DNA of 63,992 nucleotides, filler included, from Reticulomyxa filosa (Eukaryota; Protista; Foraminifera), in assembly GCA_000512085.1 (NCBI GenBank). It is 9 parts of 9 records of this genome, joined end to end, with 100 filler letters (N's around TTAATTAATTAA, not from the genome) between each part and the next. Parts side by side here need not be neighbours in the genome. Positions count along the whole stretch, not along the records: positions 11,936 to 43,054 come from ASPP01006412.1; positions 43,155 to 53,214 come from ASPP01023623.1; 7 more parts are not named here. One strand, written 5' to 3'. The position numbers and the translations under genes are program-made. This document shows, one piece after another, positions 38,654 through 53,314 of this stretch; position 1 is the first letter of the stretch, and each line of letters begins with the position of its first letter. The notes below the pieces were generated by a model. It was not told where the DNA came from. It saw nothing but the letters and a program-made list of their open reading frames with translations, and made no database searches.

Positions 38654-40118
38654 CGTATATGTATTTATATGTATGTATGTGTGTGGAATGGGTTTATTTG
38701 AGTCAATACGCCCCACTACACCGTGTGCGCGTGTGGGGGAAATGTTTGTGTACTTTTGCATTTCCCAAACGCAGTACAATCAATTTTTGAATAGAGATTA
38801 CTGCTGAACACGTCCGCATCCGAAGACGCCGAAAAAAACATGATCAATCGCATCCGAAAGGAATGCGGCCAATCTTTTGCCTCCAATTTGGAAAACATGT
38901 TCCAAGATATGGGCTTGTCTCGAGATTTGCAAGGCAAATTCAAAACTCATTTGGAAAATTCAAATCCCTCAGTTTTTTTTTTTTTTTTTTATTTAGTTTC
39001 CAAATAAGTTGCATTATCTCATATATGTACGTATGTTGGATAGCTTTTCGAGCAAATGTCAAAAATCGATTTTCAAATTGATGTATTGACCACTGGTTGT
39101 TGGCCAACGTATGATACGGAACCTATCGATTTGCCCCCACAAGTCCAATCTGTACTGGTAATGCGTGTTCACATCTATCTATCTATCTATCTATCTATAT
39201 ATCTAGTCACACCACACACATTTCTTCGAATGTGGTACAGGATTCGTATCGCACGTTTTACTGTGATATCAACTCAGGACGTCAACTGAAATGGACCATT
39301 TCTCTTAGCCATTGCGTTGTGGCCGCTCATTTTCCAAAGGTTCTTTGTTTCCTGTTTTTCTTGCGACAATACGATGCACTGTCTTGTTTAAAAATAGGGA
39401 AGAAAGGAGCTCGTGGTATCTGCATTTCAAGGAGCTGTGCTATTGCTGTTCAACCAAAAGATTTGCTGGCTATTCAAAGAAATCGAAAGTGCTACCAAAA
39501 TCAGTTTATTTATTACAATTGCTTTTAAAAGAAATGTTGGTGGGGGGGGTCATTCGAAGGGAGGAGAAAGGGAAGAGGAACAAAAGAAAAAAAAATGTGT
39601 TATATCTTGTATATGATGAAACTAGAAACGGATGAATTAAAACGGACGATGCTTTCATTGGTGAAAAGCAAAATACTGTTACATCGGGTATGTGCAAAAG
39701 ATTCCAAAGAGACTGAGTACAAACTGAATGCCGCGTATACAAACCGTTTTATACGTGTCAAAGTGAATCAACTACAGATTGTCGAAACCAAGGAAGAACA
39801 TCGTTGCACATCCGAAAAGATCTTTCATGATCGCCAATATCAAGTCTTTCTTATCTTTTTTTTTTTTGCAAAAAAAAGATAGAAAATTACTTTTTTTTGC
39901 TAACACAAAAAATATAACTATAGATTGACGCATGTGTAGTGCGAATATTAAAAGCCCGAAAAACGATGACCCACCAACAACTGATGGCCGAAGTGTATTC
40001 ACAATTACGCTTCGACGCAGATCCAAAACAAGTCAAAAAGAGGATAGCCTCACTAATTGAAAATGAATACATGGAAAGAGATGCCGATAATAGTAATGTC
40101 TATCACTACAAAACTTAA
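36733..40118 (+). CDS. CUL4: Cullin, CUL4-like, multi-exon
   Basis: IKPFK..PKL N-terminus, FEELYKACQSLC, IRQIFLLLDKTYV, KPAELIAK|FID, FRFIHAKDVFQAFYKKDLAK|RLL, MFQDM, VLTTGCWP, and neddylation domain DRQYQ|IDACVVRILKARKTMTH...KKRIASLIENEYMERD. Confidence 0.88.
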
Positions 40119-42360
40119 AAAGAATTGACAAATGGTTTGTTTTTTGTATTTTTTTCGTCAAACAATTTATCTCAATCTTTGCTCTGTTTTTTTTTTGTAA
40201 TCTCATCAATCAGACTTATTTCTGTGGTGAGGCTTTAAAAATACGATTGCAAACACATCACTTTTTTTGACAGTCCTGTCAATTCTCTTTTAATATTCAA
40301 AACTGAAATTTTGATGTTTGTCAATCGATGGATGCCTTTTTTCCTTTTTTTTATCATTGTTTTGATAAGATTTCAATTACAACTGGTTTAGTAACCTTTA
40401 GCAACAAACTCGCCAATTTCAGCAGATAAAATCGCGATTCATCTTGTTGATATTACTTGATTCTATACTGTTTAAAGTTCTAAAGAGAAGCAATCCCTTT
40501 ATTTGTGAAAAATTACGAATGCTTGTAATAAAGTAAATGTTTCATTATCGGTTTCCCGAAAAGTGAGTTTTTATACATTGTGGTGCAGTTTTTTCTTTTA
40601 CCCCTTCAAAATTTTTAAAAGAAATTTGATATTAAAAAATTTGCGACCAAGAATGCTAAAGGTTTTCAATTCATCAAACCCACATCGTTTCACAAATGAA
40701 TTAGTGACCAATTTTGTTCAAAAAATAACAACGTAATGTTAATCTGAAAGGATACATTTTAGTGTAAAAAATTTTTCATTCGCTTTTTTTCATCGAAACA
40801 GCGCATAATGTCCGCATACTGAATAGTAATGTAAGCAAAAACAAATTATTTGATTAATTTTTATACAAACTTATTCGAACGAAGAATCGCTCAGCCAGTT
40901 TCATTATCTAGAACAATTAAAAGTTTACTCTTTCGAACATAAGCCATATATAACAGAAAAAAATAAAAAAAATAGAACTAGCCCCTTTTGAGCTACTTTC
41001 GTTCAACACAATTTTCGTTTGTTTGAGTAAAGAAGATGGTCAATTACCATTTAAAAAAATTTCTATAATAAATTCGAGGAGATAACAAGATATATAACAG
41101 ATAACATACAAAATCAAAAAACTCTATGAAATATCTTATTTCTCAAAAGTTATTATTATCACTTATAGCACCTTTCGAAGGTGATCACTGTTAAATCCTG
41201 GAGTGTAATGTTTGCGACATTGGTTTATCGTTATGGTTTTCACTAAAATATTATCAACAAATGAGTGACATCAATATTGAAATCAAATCAATACTGACAT
41301 CAAACATCATTGACAAAAGAGATCACAATTTGTCCATATTGAAACTGATTTTACATAATGCACAAGCACTTTTGGAGAGTAAGTGTCCATACAATAACCG
41401 AAACTCGTTTCTTTAATATGAGTTTTCCAAGTCAAAGGCCGAACATGGCAATCAAAAACATACTCCTATTTCAACATTTGTTTCATTGCGATTTATGACA
41501 TTGAATTAAAATTTGAGGAAAAAGGTCCAAATAATTGGTCACTGCAAATGAAAACCTGTTTAGACAAGATGAGATACCAAACAATGCACATCCGTGGCAT
41601 GTTGAGCTAGTGTTCAAATATTCAAAACGTTACAATTATATCTCAAAAAAGTAAAGAATGCAACAATATTAAAATACTCAAGATAGTATCTTTGTGTCTT
41701 GAGTTTTAGCTTTTTTCTCAGTTATTTTTGAAAGCATTTTTTCAATTCTTTTCTATTTTCACTTTTTCTTTTTCTACTGCAGTTTATTGTTTGTACTTTG
41801 CTACAACAAGCGTTACATGAAAGAAAAGAAAAAAAAAAAATGGAAAAAGCCCCTTTTAACAGTCTTTTCAAAACATTCTTTTTCTTTCGTTTGCGATTTG
41901 CAGATTTAATGCGACAACAATTCAATTTATTTTTTTTCCAAAAATGTCATTTCACAGAGAATGCAATTTCAATACAACAAAGGTTTATAAATAATGTGGA
42001 GACATGAAGAAATAAACACAAAGACGTCAAGTAAAAGTGAGTCCAACATATGATATTCTCTTTGGCAGCAGAATATTTAATTTTTGTATTGCGTTTGATT
42101 GTTAACTTTTCGAACTTTCTATTAAAATGATCTGCTTGCTGTTATGTACATATCAACATTAAATTGAGAATCTAAGTATGTAATCGATATTGCGCAGATG
42201 TGAAAAACAGTTGGAGGTAAACATGTTGTGATTTGTTTCAGTTAAGATTGATTCAATTTAAATATTTATATGAGATGTTTTTGATTTGATTGGGGAACAA
42301 ATTTACTTCATTAATTTAATTCATTAAAAAAAAACAAACAAATATGTCAAATCGATAAAA

Positions 42361-43054
42361 TTACTGTCCCCAAATACGGATAAAACCATTGGATGAGCCA
42401 TAACATAGTTTAATACAATCACTAGTATCACTTTTTTGTTTAATTTTATTTTTTAATTGAAAAAATTTAATACACAATATTTTGTCTTCTCCTTTATTAT
42501 CACCTTTAATAACGTGTAATCTCTTTTTATTTGTTCGAATATCCCAAAAACGAACTATACCATCATCTGCTCCAGAACATATCACATTATAATTATTTCT
42601 TGTTACAAGTGGTGAATATTCGACAACATTTACACTTTTTATATGTCCATTAAATATTTGAACTTGTTTACCAGAACGAAGATCCCATAAACGAATACTT
42701 TTATCTGATGATGAAGAAAATATTAAATTTTCATGTAATCCATATTTTACGCAAGTTATTTTTTCTTCATGTCCTTTCAATACACTACATTGTTTAGTTG
42801 TTTCAATATCCCAAATACTAATAGTTTTATCAGCTGATCCAGAACAAATAGTATATCCATTACCACCAATTAAACCAATACTGTTGCTTTTATTATTATC
42901 ATCATTAAAACTATAACTTTGTAATGGTGAAATATCAACACACCAAACACTATCTTTATGTTCATTAAAAGTATGTAATAATTTTGATGTTTCCATATCC
43001 CATAAACGGACGGTTTTGTCATCAGATCCAGAACACAAATATCTACCACCATTA
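42361..43054 (-). CDS. WD40-repeat protein, 3' part
   Basis: Repeats CSGSDDKTVRLWD, CSGSADKTISIWD, SSSSDKSIRLWD, CSGADDGIVRFWD, plus the lineage-type insert SNSIGLIGGNGYTICSGS. Confidence 0.95.
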
Positions 43055-43154
43055 NNNNNNNNNNNNNNNNNNNNNNNNNNNNNNNNNNNNNNNNNNNNTT
43101 AATTAATTAANNNNNNNNNNNNNNNNNNNNNNNNNNNNNNNNNNNNNNNNNNNN
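43055..43154. other. Artificial contig spacer
   Basis: Same unit. Confidence 0.98.
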
Positions 43155-44449
43155 TCCATTTGGTTTGATCTTTTCCGAGATTGATATTTTTCTTTTTTTT
43201 TTGTTTTTCTTTTGTCGTTCACTCTTGAAGCTTCAGTAAGAAGATCTTCTTCTTCATTCTGGTTACTCATTGTTAATTTCCGCCCAATGTTGAAAAGATT
43301 AGAATGGGGGTTTGTTTAAAGTTTTTTAGAGTATTTTTTTTAGAACCTTTTTTTTTGAAAGTAAAAACACTGTCAACAAAATTCAATGTCTTCTACCAAC
43401 TCGCTCATATGCCCGTCTGTCAATGATGACTTGTACTTTGATAACAATTACATGCCTCTTTACTCACCGAACCTCGACATTGTGTTTGGTAATATTCCCA
43501 TAACTTCAGAATTTTTTGGTGTATCCGTTGAAAACAAGTTCCAAAAAACACTTTGCAAATCACTAAAGAGATATACTGTTAATTCAGGTATTAAAGTACT
43601 TGATCTTCTTAAATAAAATTGTTTGGACACAAGGACAGCTTCTTTCTCTCAAAAACACGGTAAATTGGAGTGTCTTACTTATAATCAAAAACTTATGAAA
43701 TATCCAAGCAAATCTGGTCTATATGAAACATAACATGTTTTTCACATATTCTTTTCTTCTAAATGCCTATTGTAAATTAAAATGATATGAATCAAATCAT
43801 ACAAATTTTCAAGTCCTTTGAAACCGGTTGCAGAATATTGAAATTATACAAATAATTCAATTTATAATCGGTTTAAAATAAATTTTAAAAAAGAAAAATG
43901 ATCCCCCAAAGATTACTCTATAAATTTTGAACGCTCCTTTTTTAAATTTTTCACAATATTCGAGCGGAAGAAATCATGGGCGATTGAACAGTAAGAGAAG
44001 AAAGACTTTCTGAAATTTCAGAAATAAAAACAAAGTGACAAAGAGAAAACAGTAAAGAAAAATAAAAAAAAACAGACATGCGCATGTTCTATATCATCTC
44101 AACTGTTTTCAGCTGTTTTGTTTTGTATTAATCAATGTAATGCTGGCATAGCATATAAAAAAAAAAAAAAATAAAGAGTATATATAACACACATTACTTA
44201 ACATCAAATCTCAACACTTTGAAAAAATAAATATTGACATTAACCAGCGATTGACATAAAGCATTGTCCAATATTTACAGTTGATATAAATAGTTGGATA
44301 TTGCTTGTTTCACTTGTGCATATCGAATCGCATTTGATCTTACTAAAAATACGAACATGCAATACTTTCTTTGTAATAATTTGTAGATTCCTTGAGCATA
44401 TCAAATCTTCTCATTAGACAAGAATTCCACCACTTACATCACCTGTGTC

Positions 44450-45280
44450 CTAGTTGTTGTAAAAACAAAAATAACAAACAATAAATTAATTCAAATTGTT
44501 TAGAAAGAAAGACAAAAATAATCAATTTCTTTTAACTGCAATCTCCTTTCAAAGGCATTCGAGTTAATGAGATCAATCATTTCTTGCCAATCTTGCTTGA
44601 CAAATACTCCAATTACCAATTAAACTGCAATATGCTACAAATTTTAATATTTCCACCAAATCAATACGAAGGCCATACCAATTATATCTTGGAAGTGTTT
44701 CCATACACCACTGGTATATTGACATTGGGAGGCACATATAGCATAGTCATAAAATACATGCAAAAGATGGCGATTGATATTTAACCAAGTTATGCGCGTT
44801 GATGAATTGGAGTACATTGAATGAAGATGGTGCGTGCTAATTTGAGTATTGTTGTGTGATTTTAAGCACATAACAATTCATTGTCGCTTGCGTTTCGTTT
44901 CATAAATGTCCATACCCATTTGTAGGCTTGATGAAACGCAGTCAATACCTTTTAGAGATTTCCTCTTTATTCATATTGTCTCTCGAAGAGTTCATACTTC
45001 CTACGCGGTTCATTATCAGTTGTCATATTTCTTGATAATAATCCACTAACACTGTTGACATGTACGTTTGCTTCTTTCTTTTCTTCTTCTTTCAAACCTA
45101 AGGTAAATCATTCTACAATTAAATGATCCATGTTCACATTGTTTTGGTCAAGACATTTTACAACAACTGAAAATGTTATAAAAATAACACATACTTTCAA
45201 ATAAAGCTGTTATCCTTCGCGTTCGGTTGATATTTGCCATTTGCATGCGTTGTCTTGATGTCAGTGATATGCATTTTCTG
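44450..45280. repeat. Diverged direct repeat, copy 1 (pseudogene-like)
   Basis: Aligns by eye with 52370-53214 (acaaacaataaattaattca..ttgtttagaa; atttccaccaaatcaa; aaatgatccatgttcacattgtttt; acaacaactgaaaat). Confidence 0.8.
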
Positions 45281-45349
45281 TCTTAAACTCGAATAATGGC
45301 AGGATTACATGCCACGAGGGAATTCTCCACAGAATATGCATTTACTTGA

Positions 45350-47880
45350 ACATTTCCTCTTTTCTTTGTCAATCGCATGTACATTTATTACAACTCTGAT
45401 AAAGCTATTTTTTCTGGATTGTATGCATCACATTAATTGACTTGGAGCTTACAGGCAATCCACTTTTGAGATTTAATTGCAATTGCGATAGACCAAGAAA
45501 ACACCAACTGGACAATGATACAATCGCGTTACATTCTGTCCATAGATTGGATTTTGTTATTTTTGATAGTAGTTACTCGTGATACGAGTAATATTTTAAG
45601 ATTAGAAATGCAATTGAAAATTGCTTCTTGGATGCCAATTATCAATTCATTGAGTCAATTCCAAGATTACTGAATATGATCACAATTCACTTGTCTTGCT
45701 GGCCGTGTTAATATGTTGACTGGATATGCCCAATATTTGACTATCAGCATCAACACAATTTGGAAAGGAAGCAATTCGGCAGCTCTATTATCGAAAGGAA
45801 CTCATGTGGCTCACAAATTAGTATCAATACCATTTGCAACTGATGATATGATGTTCAATATTTCCAATGCAATATTCAGATCTTGAGGATTCGTCCAAGA
45901 CAGAGTCAGCAATGTATACGTGTTATATTTCGACTCTGCTCTGGACAAATTGTTAATATCACCACTGTTCACCTGGACAACATCTTTTTGTTGTTTCAAA
46001 TTGATATCCGCAGGACTAACGTGTCAATTGAAAATTATTTAAGAATGATGAATGTATTCACTCCCGTACATACTTCTTCCAAACTCACTTCAATTGGTTG
46101 ACCTTTTCCTTTTGATTGCGAGATTTGAACTTGTGGCTTGGCTTTGTATTGTTTTGATATTTCATCTTAGAGGCACATTCAATTCGTAAGCACGTAAATA
46201 TTGATGGTGTGGAAAACTTATTCGAGTTGAAGACAAAAGTATCAAACGTTTTGATACTTGTTCGAGCTGTGCGAGTCGTCGATGTTCGAGAATATATACA
46301 ACTAAACTCCTTGGACAGATTTGATATAATTGATTGTCAATTTGAGGGTGGCTTCAAAATGGATTGGAAGCGCAAGTTGTTATTCATCTTGAATTTTTGC
46401 TTGACAGTGAATGCACAAAGCAATTTTTGGACCAATGAAATGATAGCGTGGCTGTTGTCACTGGGGTCCATTGGTTTTTTAGCGATATTTGAGATAATGA
46501 AGCAGCAACTGGATTGAACGCAAATAATAAAAATAATAACATTGTATCCATTGACTCCATTTCATTGCCCATTTCTTGCAATCCACTTCAATATCTTTGA
46601 CATTAAACCATATAATAAAAGATAAATACCAAATTGAATAGTAAATTGTTGTACTCAAGCTCTTCGCAATGAAGAATTTGGCACATTCAAGATGGTTCAT
46701 TTTCTGATGTTTCCCCGTTCTCGTGGTTTTGTTGTTGTATATGCATTATTAGAATTGCCATTGAGATTGCCATTGAAACTGCATTTGAAATAATTGATCA
46801 TATCATTATTGCCGTTGTTCTTGATGCTGTGGATGTATGATCTTCTGCACTATTCAACTCGCCACAATACTATTTCCAATTATATAAACGACGCTTTCGA
46901 ACCCTTGATCATTGATAATGTTCTGTATTGGCAAGTAAGCCACAATTTCTATTTTTTTATTTCATATGTTTTTTTGTGATTTTTTTAAAAAACACATAAA
47001 GAAAAAAATTTACTTAACTGATTGCCATCCCGTGTGGGGCATCATCATTTCTTCAAATATTTAAAAAAATTAAAATTTCAAAAATAATTTCTTATTCTTT
47101 TCTTTTTTTTTCTTTCCTTATAAATATCATTTTTTTCTTTTTCCATTCTTTTTTCTTTTTTTTTCCCATTTTCCTTTTTCTTTTTTTATCACTTTTTTTT
47201 TCTTATTTACTTTTACATTTTTTTTTATTAATATCTTCACCCTTTTTTTACTTTTGTTATTCCCTTTTTTTTATTCACTTTTTTCATATCCCCCTTAATA
47301 ATTATTTTCCACCTTTTTCTCCAAATCCCATTTTAAAAAGATATATACCATATGGAACTTTTCTTGCTGACTGGACATCTATACATACAAACAAATAAAG
47401 TTATATTTATAATTTTTTAAAGCAAAAAAATATACTTATACCTATGATAAGATGGACACAATATCCAACCTGTTGGAAAGCACTTCAAATTTTTTTTTTA
47501 GATTGATGAGGGGTGGATGGTACAAATAAATAGAAATATATATATATATACTTTGATGGGAATTCCTATTGCTTCACAAACACAATAACATTATATAACA
47601 AAAGAATATATATAAAAATAAATATAAACATCTAAACTGTTCTTCCCCCTCCGTGGAGACAAGTTGGATTTCAACCATTATTTTTCTTTTGTGTGTGTGT
47701 AGGGGAAGGGAATAAATATTTTGACAATATTTGGTAGGCGGGGGAACCTATGTTACACAACATAACACAACACTTAAACATATTTTAAAAAAGATAAATA
47801 AGACAAACCTTTGTTTCTCCTTTCGGAGACGGGGTGGTTTCTACCCCGTATTCTTTTTTTCTTTTCATGGCAGTGGGGGA
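45350..47880 (-). repeat. Degenerate multi-kb repeated cassette, copy B
   Basis: Collinear homologue of 2640-5290 (+). Confidence 0.5.
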
Positions 47881-50800
47881 CTATATTGTAAACAACGCAA
47901 GCTATAGTTATAATTAATCAAACAAAAAACTAAAAATTTTACCTTGTCTTCGTGCTCGTTATTGCAATGAACGCTCGCATCGCATTACCACAACAGCAAG
48001 TGGTGATATGTCAAGTCATTTGTTGCTGCTCCTCTTCCTCCAACCATTTGCGCCACCTTCATCGCTGAGCTCCATAAACATCTACTATACACAATCAACA
48101 GTCAAAAAAAATAATGTGTATTATTGCAACGACAATGAAAAAAAATAAAATAAAAATAACTTGGCGACATCACAATAGATAACTGACGTTTGTATTTGTA
48201 TTGCCACTTTGAACTGTTTGTGTATTAGTAGTGGAGCTATCACAGCGTTGCTATTGTTATAGAAGGATTTGCGCAGAGTATATACATTTTCGGATATGAT
48301 GAAGAGGACATTGTGTGAATGAGCGAGTTTTTGAATGCGATAATGTTTGTGCAAATATTGCGAGATAAATGTGTTGGCAGCATAATTGTCATTGAGCACT
48401 ACGCCTAGGAGAAAGGAGCGCTGCTTTGTATAAAGAGGATGGACAATCACGACTGACTTGCGATTAAATTGCTCGTCGTGTACGTTTTCGTCCAATGTCC
48501 TCATATGCACCAACAGCGCTTCTGTCGCCTTAAAGGCATTTACTAAGCCATTTGGCCATGACGACTGACTTTTCGTCACACTTTCTACCAGCAATAGCTG
48601 CTGGTTTGATCATGTGTCAAAGTCTCCATCGCAATCGGCTCATTCTCTACTTAGAAACGCCACCACATACTCGCAAACTCTTGGGACATGCTTTATCATA
48701 CGATCTATCCAAATTTTTTTTGTTTGTCTGCTTTAAAAAAAAAAGGAAGTAAAAAAAAAACAAAACTTAACATTGCAGTCTTGGACAACAATTGCAAAAT
48801 AGCGGGCGAAGTTTTACGTGTCGACAATAAGTGTTTGTACTGACGTTGGACTTTGCGCGAATGTGCAATTGAACATCTCTTGGATTTGACAGCGAGATGT
48901 TGGAACGGCATAATTGTTGCGATTGCGTATATCATTTGTAGTTGATTTCTACGTTCACGCCAACGTGGTACTTGCAATATTTAATTGTAAAAAATGTCGC
49001 CGGTCCTACATTTGCTCCTGATCGTTTGCACAATTTGCGCGCTTCATTCGACGGTGTCGTGCTTACAATCACCTCTACTTCACCATTTGCCAATCTATTA
49101 CCGTTTGTTTTTTTTTAGAAAAATACTTTTAAAGCAATTCATCATATACACAATCCATCATGCCCTTACAATTTCTTGATATACGTAAACCTCCCTTTTT
49201 TTTTTATTAAATCTTTATACAACTGTTCTGTACCTGTACATTAATGATTTGAATGTCGATACATAAAATGTCAATGATATACTCGAAGTTGGGAACATAT
49301 TCGTGGCCTTCGTTTTGGTATATGAATTCTCCTTGGACTGCATTGTGTTGAACATAGACTTGCCTTGGAGAAGACGTATACGTTCTTTTTCTGATTGTAC
49401 TGGCTCCTTGTTTGAAATTTGCACCACTGATATAGCTGTTATGTTGTTGTAAACTTTTGCACATTGCACACATTTCCATATTTTCAGTTTCCCCACGTTG
49501 TTGAAATAGTGATTCCATGATGTCATCAATATGATCATATTGTGATTGTCCAAATATGTTTGTCCGTTTGTTACGTTCCCACTTGAATTTCTTGTATTCA
49601 CGTTTGACACCACCACGACCGCATTTAATACATGCAATGTCATCAATACAATTCCATATACCAACGATAAGTTCATATTGCTGTTGAAGTTTAAGAGTTT
49701 TCCACCCAATCTTTTCTCTCCGTTTGCCCCTCTCTTACCGGGTACATTGAAACTGAAGGACACCAAATCGGTAATAAAAGCCACTTTAAGAAAAAACAAA
49801 TAATTTTTGTGACAAACGAATATATTTATAAATTTAAATGGATCTCAAATGATTAATAGAAATACGAGTTTGTGTGAAAGTGCAATTTGTTCTATGTGCA
49901 TTTACAATAGCTCAAGACAGAAAAAGAATTGAGCTTTTTCTCATTTCAAAATTCTTTTCACTTAAAAGATTAATCATTAATCTCCAATAAAAAAAAACCA
50001 AAAAAAGCACTATCAGTGAACACTCAGCAAAGTAAAAACAAGTGTTCGGAGCTGCCGGGTATGCAAAAATGCTTACTGGCCATCGCTCGTTTATTTTCAA
50101 CGCACAAAATTTTCGTCATCGGTTAGCATTGTTGCACTCAGCCAAACATCCTAACATTATTGAGTTTTGTGTGTTTGTATATTGTGTACGTCGCAATCGT
50201 TTTACACTTTGTTTCATTTTTTAATTAAGTGAGAAAAGAAATAATCTCAAAAAAATTGATTGGTTGACTTTTTATAGAAAAGCAACAAGATGTGAAACCT
50301 CTCCAAAAAAGATACCTACACAACTCTGATTCCTTGTAAATCTGCTTATTGTATTTCCGCGCATTTTAACAGGACTACCATTTGATGTCGTTTTTTTGTA
50401 AAGGCAGATAAATCCAATCGAGGAGTAAGTGTGGTATTGCAGCTGGGCCACGGCGAAAGGGTCGAACATGTTGGAGCGCAGGTACATATCAAGTAAATGA
50501 GGGAGCTGTTTGCCAAACGAGTTGGTCCACTCGCATATACTCACGTCTCAGTCCGCTTTGATGTCTGCACGCTTGCTCGTTGATCATTTCAATGCTTTGG
50601 AAGAAAGACTTGTTCGACGTTTTCGTTAGCAAATGTATAGCCTTTTGTGAAAGAAGATCTCTGTTCATGATTTGATAATGTTCTCAAAACGGCTGATAGC
50701 ATCAATTTGTTCTTGAAATAAACAGAAGGCATCATGATCTTAGTTTTTTTTTATTTTAGAAGCACTGAAACTTCGCACTTATTTAAGTTGAAAAAAAATT

Positions 50801-52369
50801 TTAATAAAATTTTTATTATAAAATAATGTCTTCAAAAAAGATTATAAAGTTTACTTTAGGAATAACTGTATTTACTTTATTCTAAATATCAACGAGCGTG
50901 TTTCTAAAAAGGGCGTAATTTCAACTGTTTTGTTTGATTCTAATCGCCTTTTATCAACACAAATTTGTTCGTTCCAGTTTTAAGTTTTTTTCATATTTTT
51001 GTTCAAGCTTTTCCATAAGAAAGACATTACACAATGAAACTTGCCGATAATGGAAATAATAATAGCATTGACGAAATTATCTTATTGTCTTCTGTACAGA
51101 GGGATTTACAAATCACACATTGACAATAAAATATGTAAGTGGAATCAATCATCATTTACCATTTACCACTTCTTCTATTGGCAATATTTATGTATTTCAA
51201 TTAGATCAATTTCAATTTATTAAACACGTCATTTTGTCAGTCTGTGGTATACATTTTTCTGATTTGCATTCAAATCAGAAATATAGCAAAAGAGATTATT
51301 GAAAAAAAAGAGAATGAATAATTCTATTCATAACAATAAATTTTATATTGAATTTAATGAAACAAATAATGCGTTTAAATTAGCTGGATACAAAACATAA
51401 TAAAAAAAAAGAGACGCACATAACAACGTGAAAATAAAAACAACATAGCCCCAATATAATCTTATTTTTTTGCACACAATACCTAAAACTGTTTTTTTTT
51501 AATATCTGAAATTGTATGCATTTTGTAACATTCCAAGGTCGCTGTATATGCGTTTGCTTCTGCTGGTGCGGCAATAGCAGGCTTTGCAATAAGATCGAGA
51601 TTCGACGATGCTGCAATCAAAGCGTCTTTGGCAACCAATGCAAGCAGCGAAGAAGAAATAGAAGATACGCTGATACAACAGTGGCTCCAAGACTAGACCA
51701 TGGCATCGACATCATCTCAAGTGCTCAATAACGATAATGGCGACGAAATAGAGCCAATAGCAATGGAAATCGATTGAAAGGCAGCATTCGTTACCTTGTT
51801 TTTATTTGTATTTAATACAATGACTTTGTCGTTGTTTAATGTTGAGCTGCCGTTTTGTCTCAAGTACGCATGAAGACAAGAGGACCAACATTGCTTCGAT
51901 AAAGAATGAAGGATCGTGCTTGTGTCTATGATGACGACTTGATGTATTTTGCAAGATGGAATAATCCTTGGAAATACAAGTCATCATTTATTTGCTATTA
52001 CTGCAAGGACGAGACGTATATTGATAGTTTGCACGGATTGTGGGAAGATGAACATCATTTCATTGACTCAGATGCCGCCTTGGAAAAGATTCACCAATTT
52101 GCGTTTGATTGATTGGAGATTGTACTCCCGATATTGTAGACTGACTGATATTGTATCACGATCTAACTTCTTCATGTGTCTTTCACATTGACAGTACTCG
52201 CTGTTGCACATTTTATTTTCTGGATATCGTTTGCGCTCCAAATTTTTAAAATAATTTTTATAATGCCTCCATTCTCGCCAAGACAGCAATATTTGCTTCA
52301 ACATTTCTGTGCATCATCTTCTTCTCTATTTGCAGTTCCACTATCTGCACCACATGTGGACTTAGCGTA

Positions 52370-53214
52370 TTTAGTTCTTGTAAAAACAACAAACAATAAA
52401 TTAATTCAGATTGTTTAGAAAAAAAGACAAAAAATAATCAATGTTCTTTTAACTTTAATGTTCTTTCAAAGGTATTCGAAAAAATAAAGCAAATCATTTC
52501 ATGTCAATCACACTTGACGATAACAACAGTTTTTTACATCGAAAAAACAATCCAATCACCAATCAAATTGCAGTAATATTTTCCACCAAATCAACACGAA
52601 AGTCATATCAATTGTATCTTGGAAATGCTCCCATGCATCTTTGGTATGTCAATATCTGGAGTCACATACGCATTATCATAAATGCATGTAAAAAGATGTG
52701 ACCGAAATATGTGCATTGATGAGTTGGAGTGAATAGTGAAAGTGATGCGTGCCAATCTGAGTATTATTGTATGATTGTGAACACATAATAATTCATTGTC
52801 AATTGTGTTTCCTTTCCACATGTATCACCCATGAACGCTCAAAGTCTTGATGAAACGGATTTATTGTGTCAATTTCCTTTAGTCGCATTTTCTTTGGCTC
52901 GATAATTTACACTTCATTGTCAGTTATTATCTTTCTTGATATAATCCATATATCACAATACTATGACCCACATTTTTGCTTCTTTTTTTTCCCTTAATGT
53001 ATTCTTCATCATCTTCCTTTTTCTTTCATTACAAACCTACGATTAAATGATCCATGTTCACATTGTTTTAATCAAAACATTTCACAACAACTGAAAATAT
53101 GATAAAAAATAACATATACCTTCAAATGAAGCTGCTGTTCTTCGTGCTTGGTTGATATTTGTTCTTTTGCGTGCCTTTCTTGATTGTTCTGGTATTGATG
53201 ATATGCATTTTCCG
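52370..53214. repeat. Diverged direct repeat, copy 2
   Basis: Paralogue of 44450-45280; both encode a broken DNELLC..NHT.IL.LAR..F on the minus strand. Confidence 0.8.
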
Positions 53215-53314
53215 NNNNNNNNNNNNNNNNNNNNNNNNNNNNNNNNNNNNNNNNNNNNTTAATTAATTAANNNNNNNNNNNNNNNNNNNNNNNNNNNNNN
53301 NNNNNNNNNNNNNN
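53215..53314. other. Artificial contig spacer
   Basis: Same unit. Confidence 0.98.

Noticed and set aside
40119-42360. Short ORFs between cullin and WD40 genes (also 29000-30400)
   Set aside because: AT-rich, low-complexity and without motifs; treated as intergenic.
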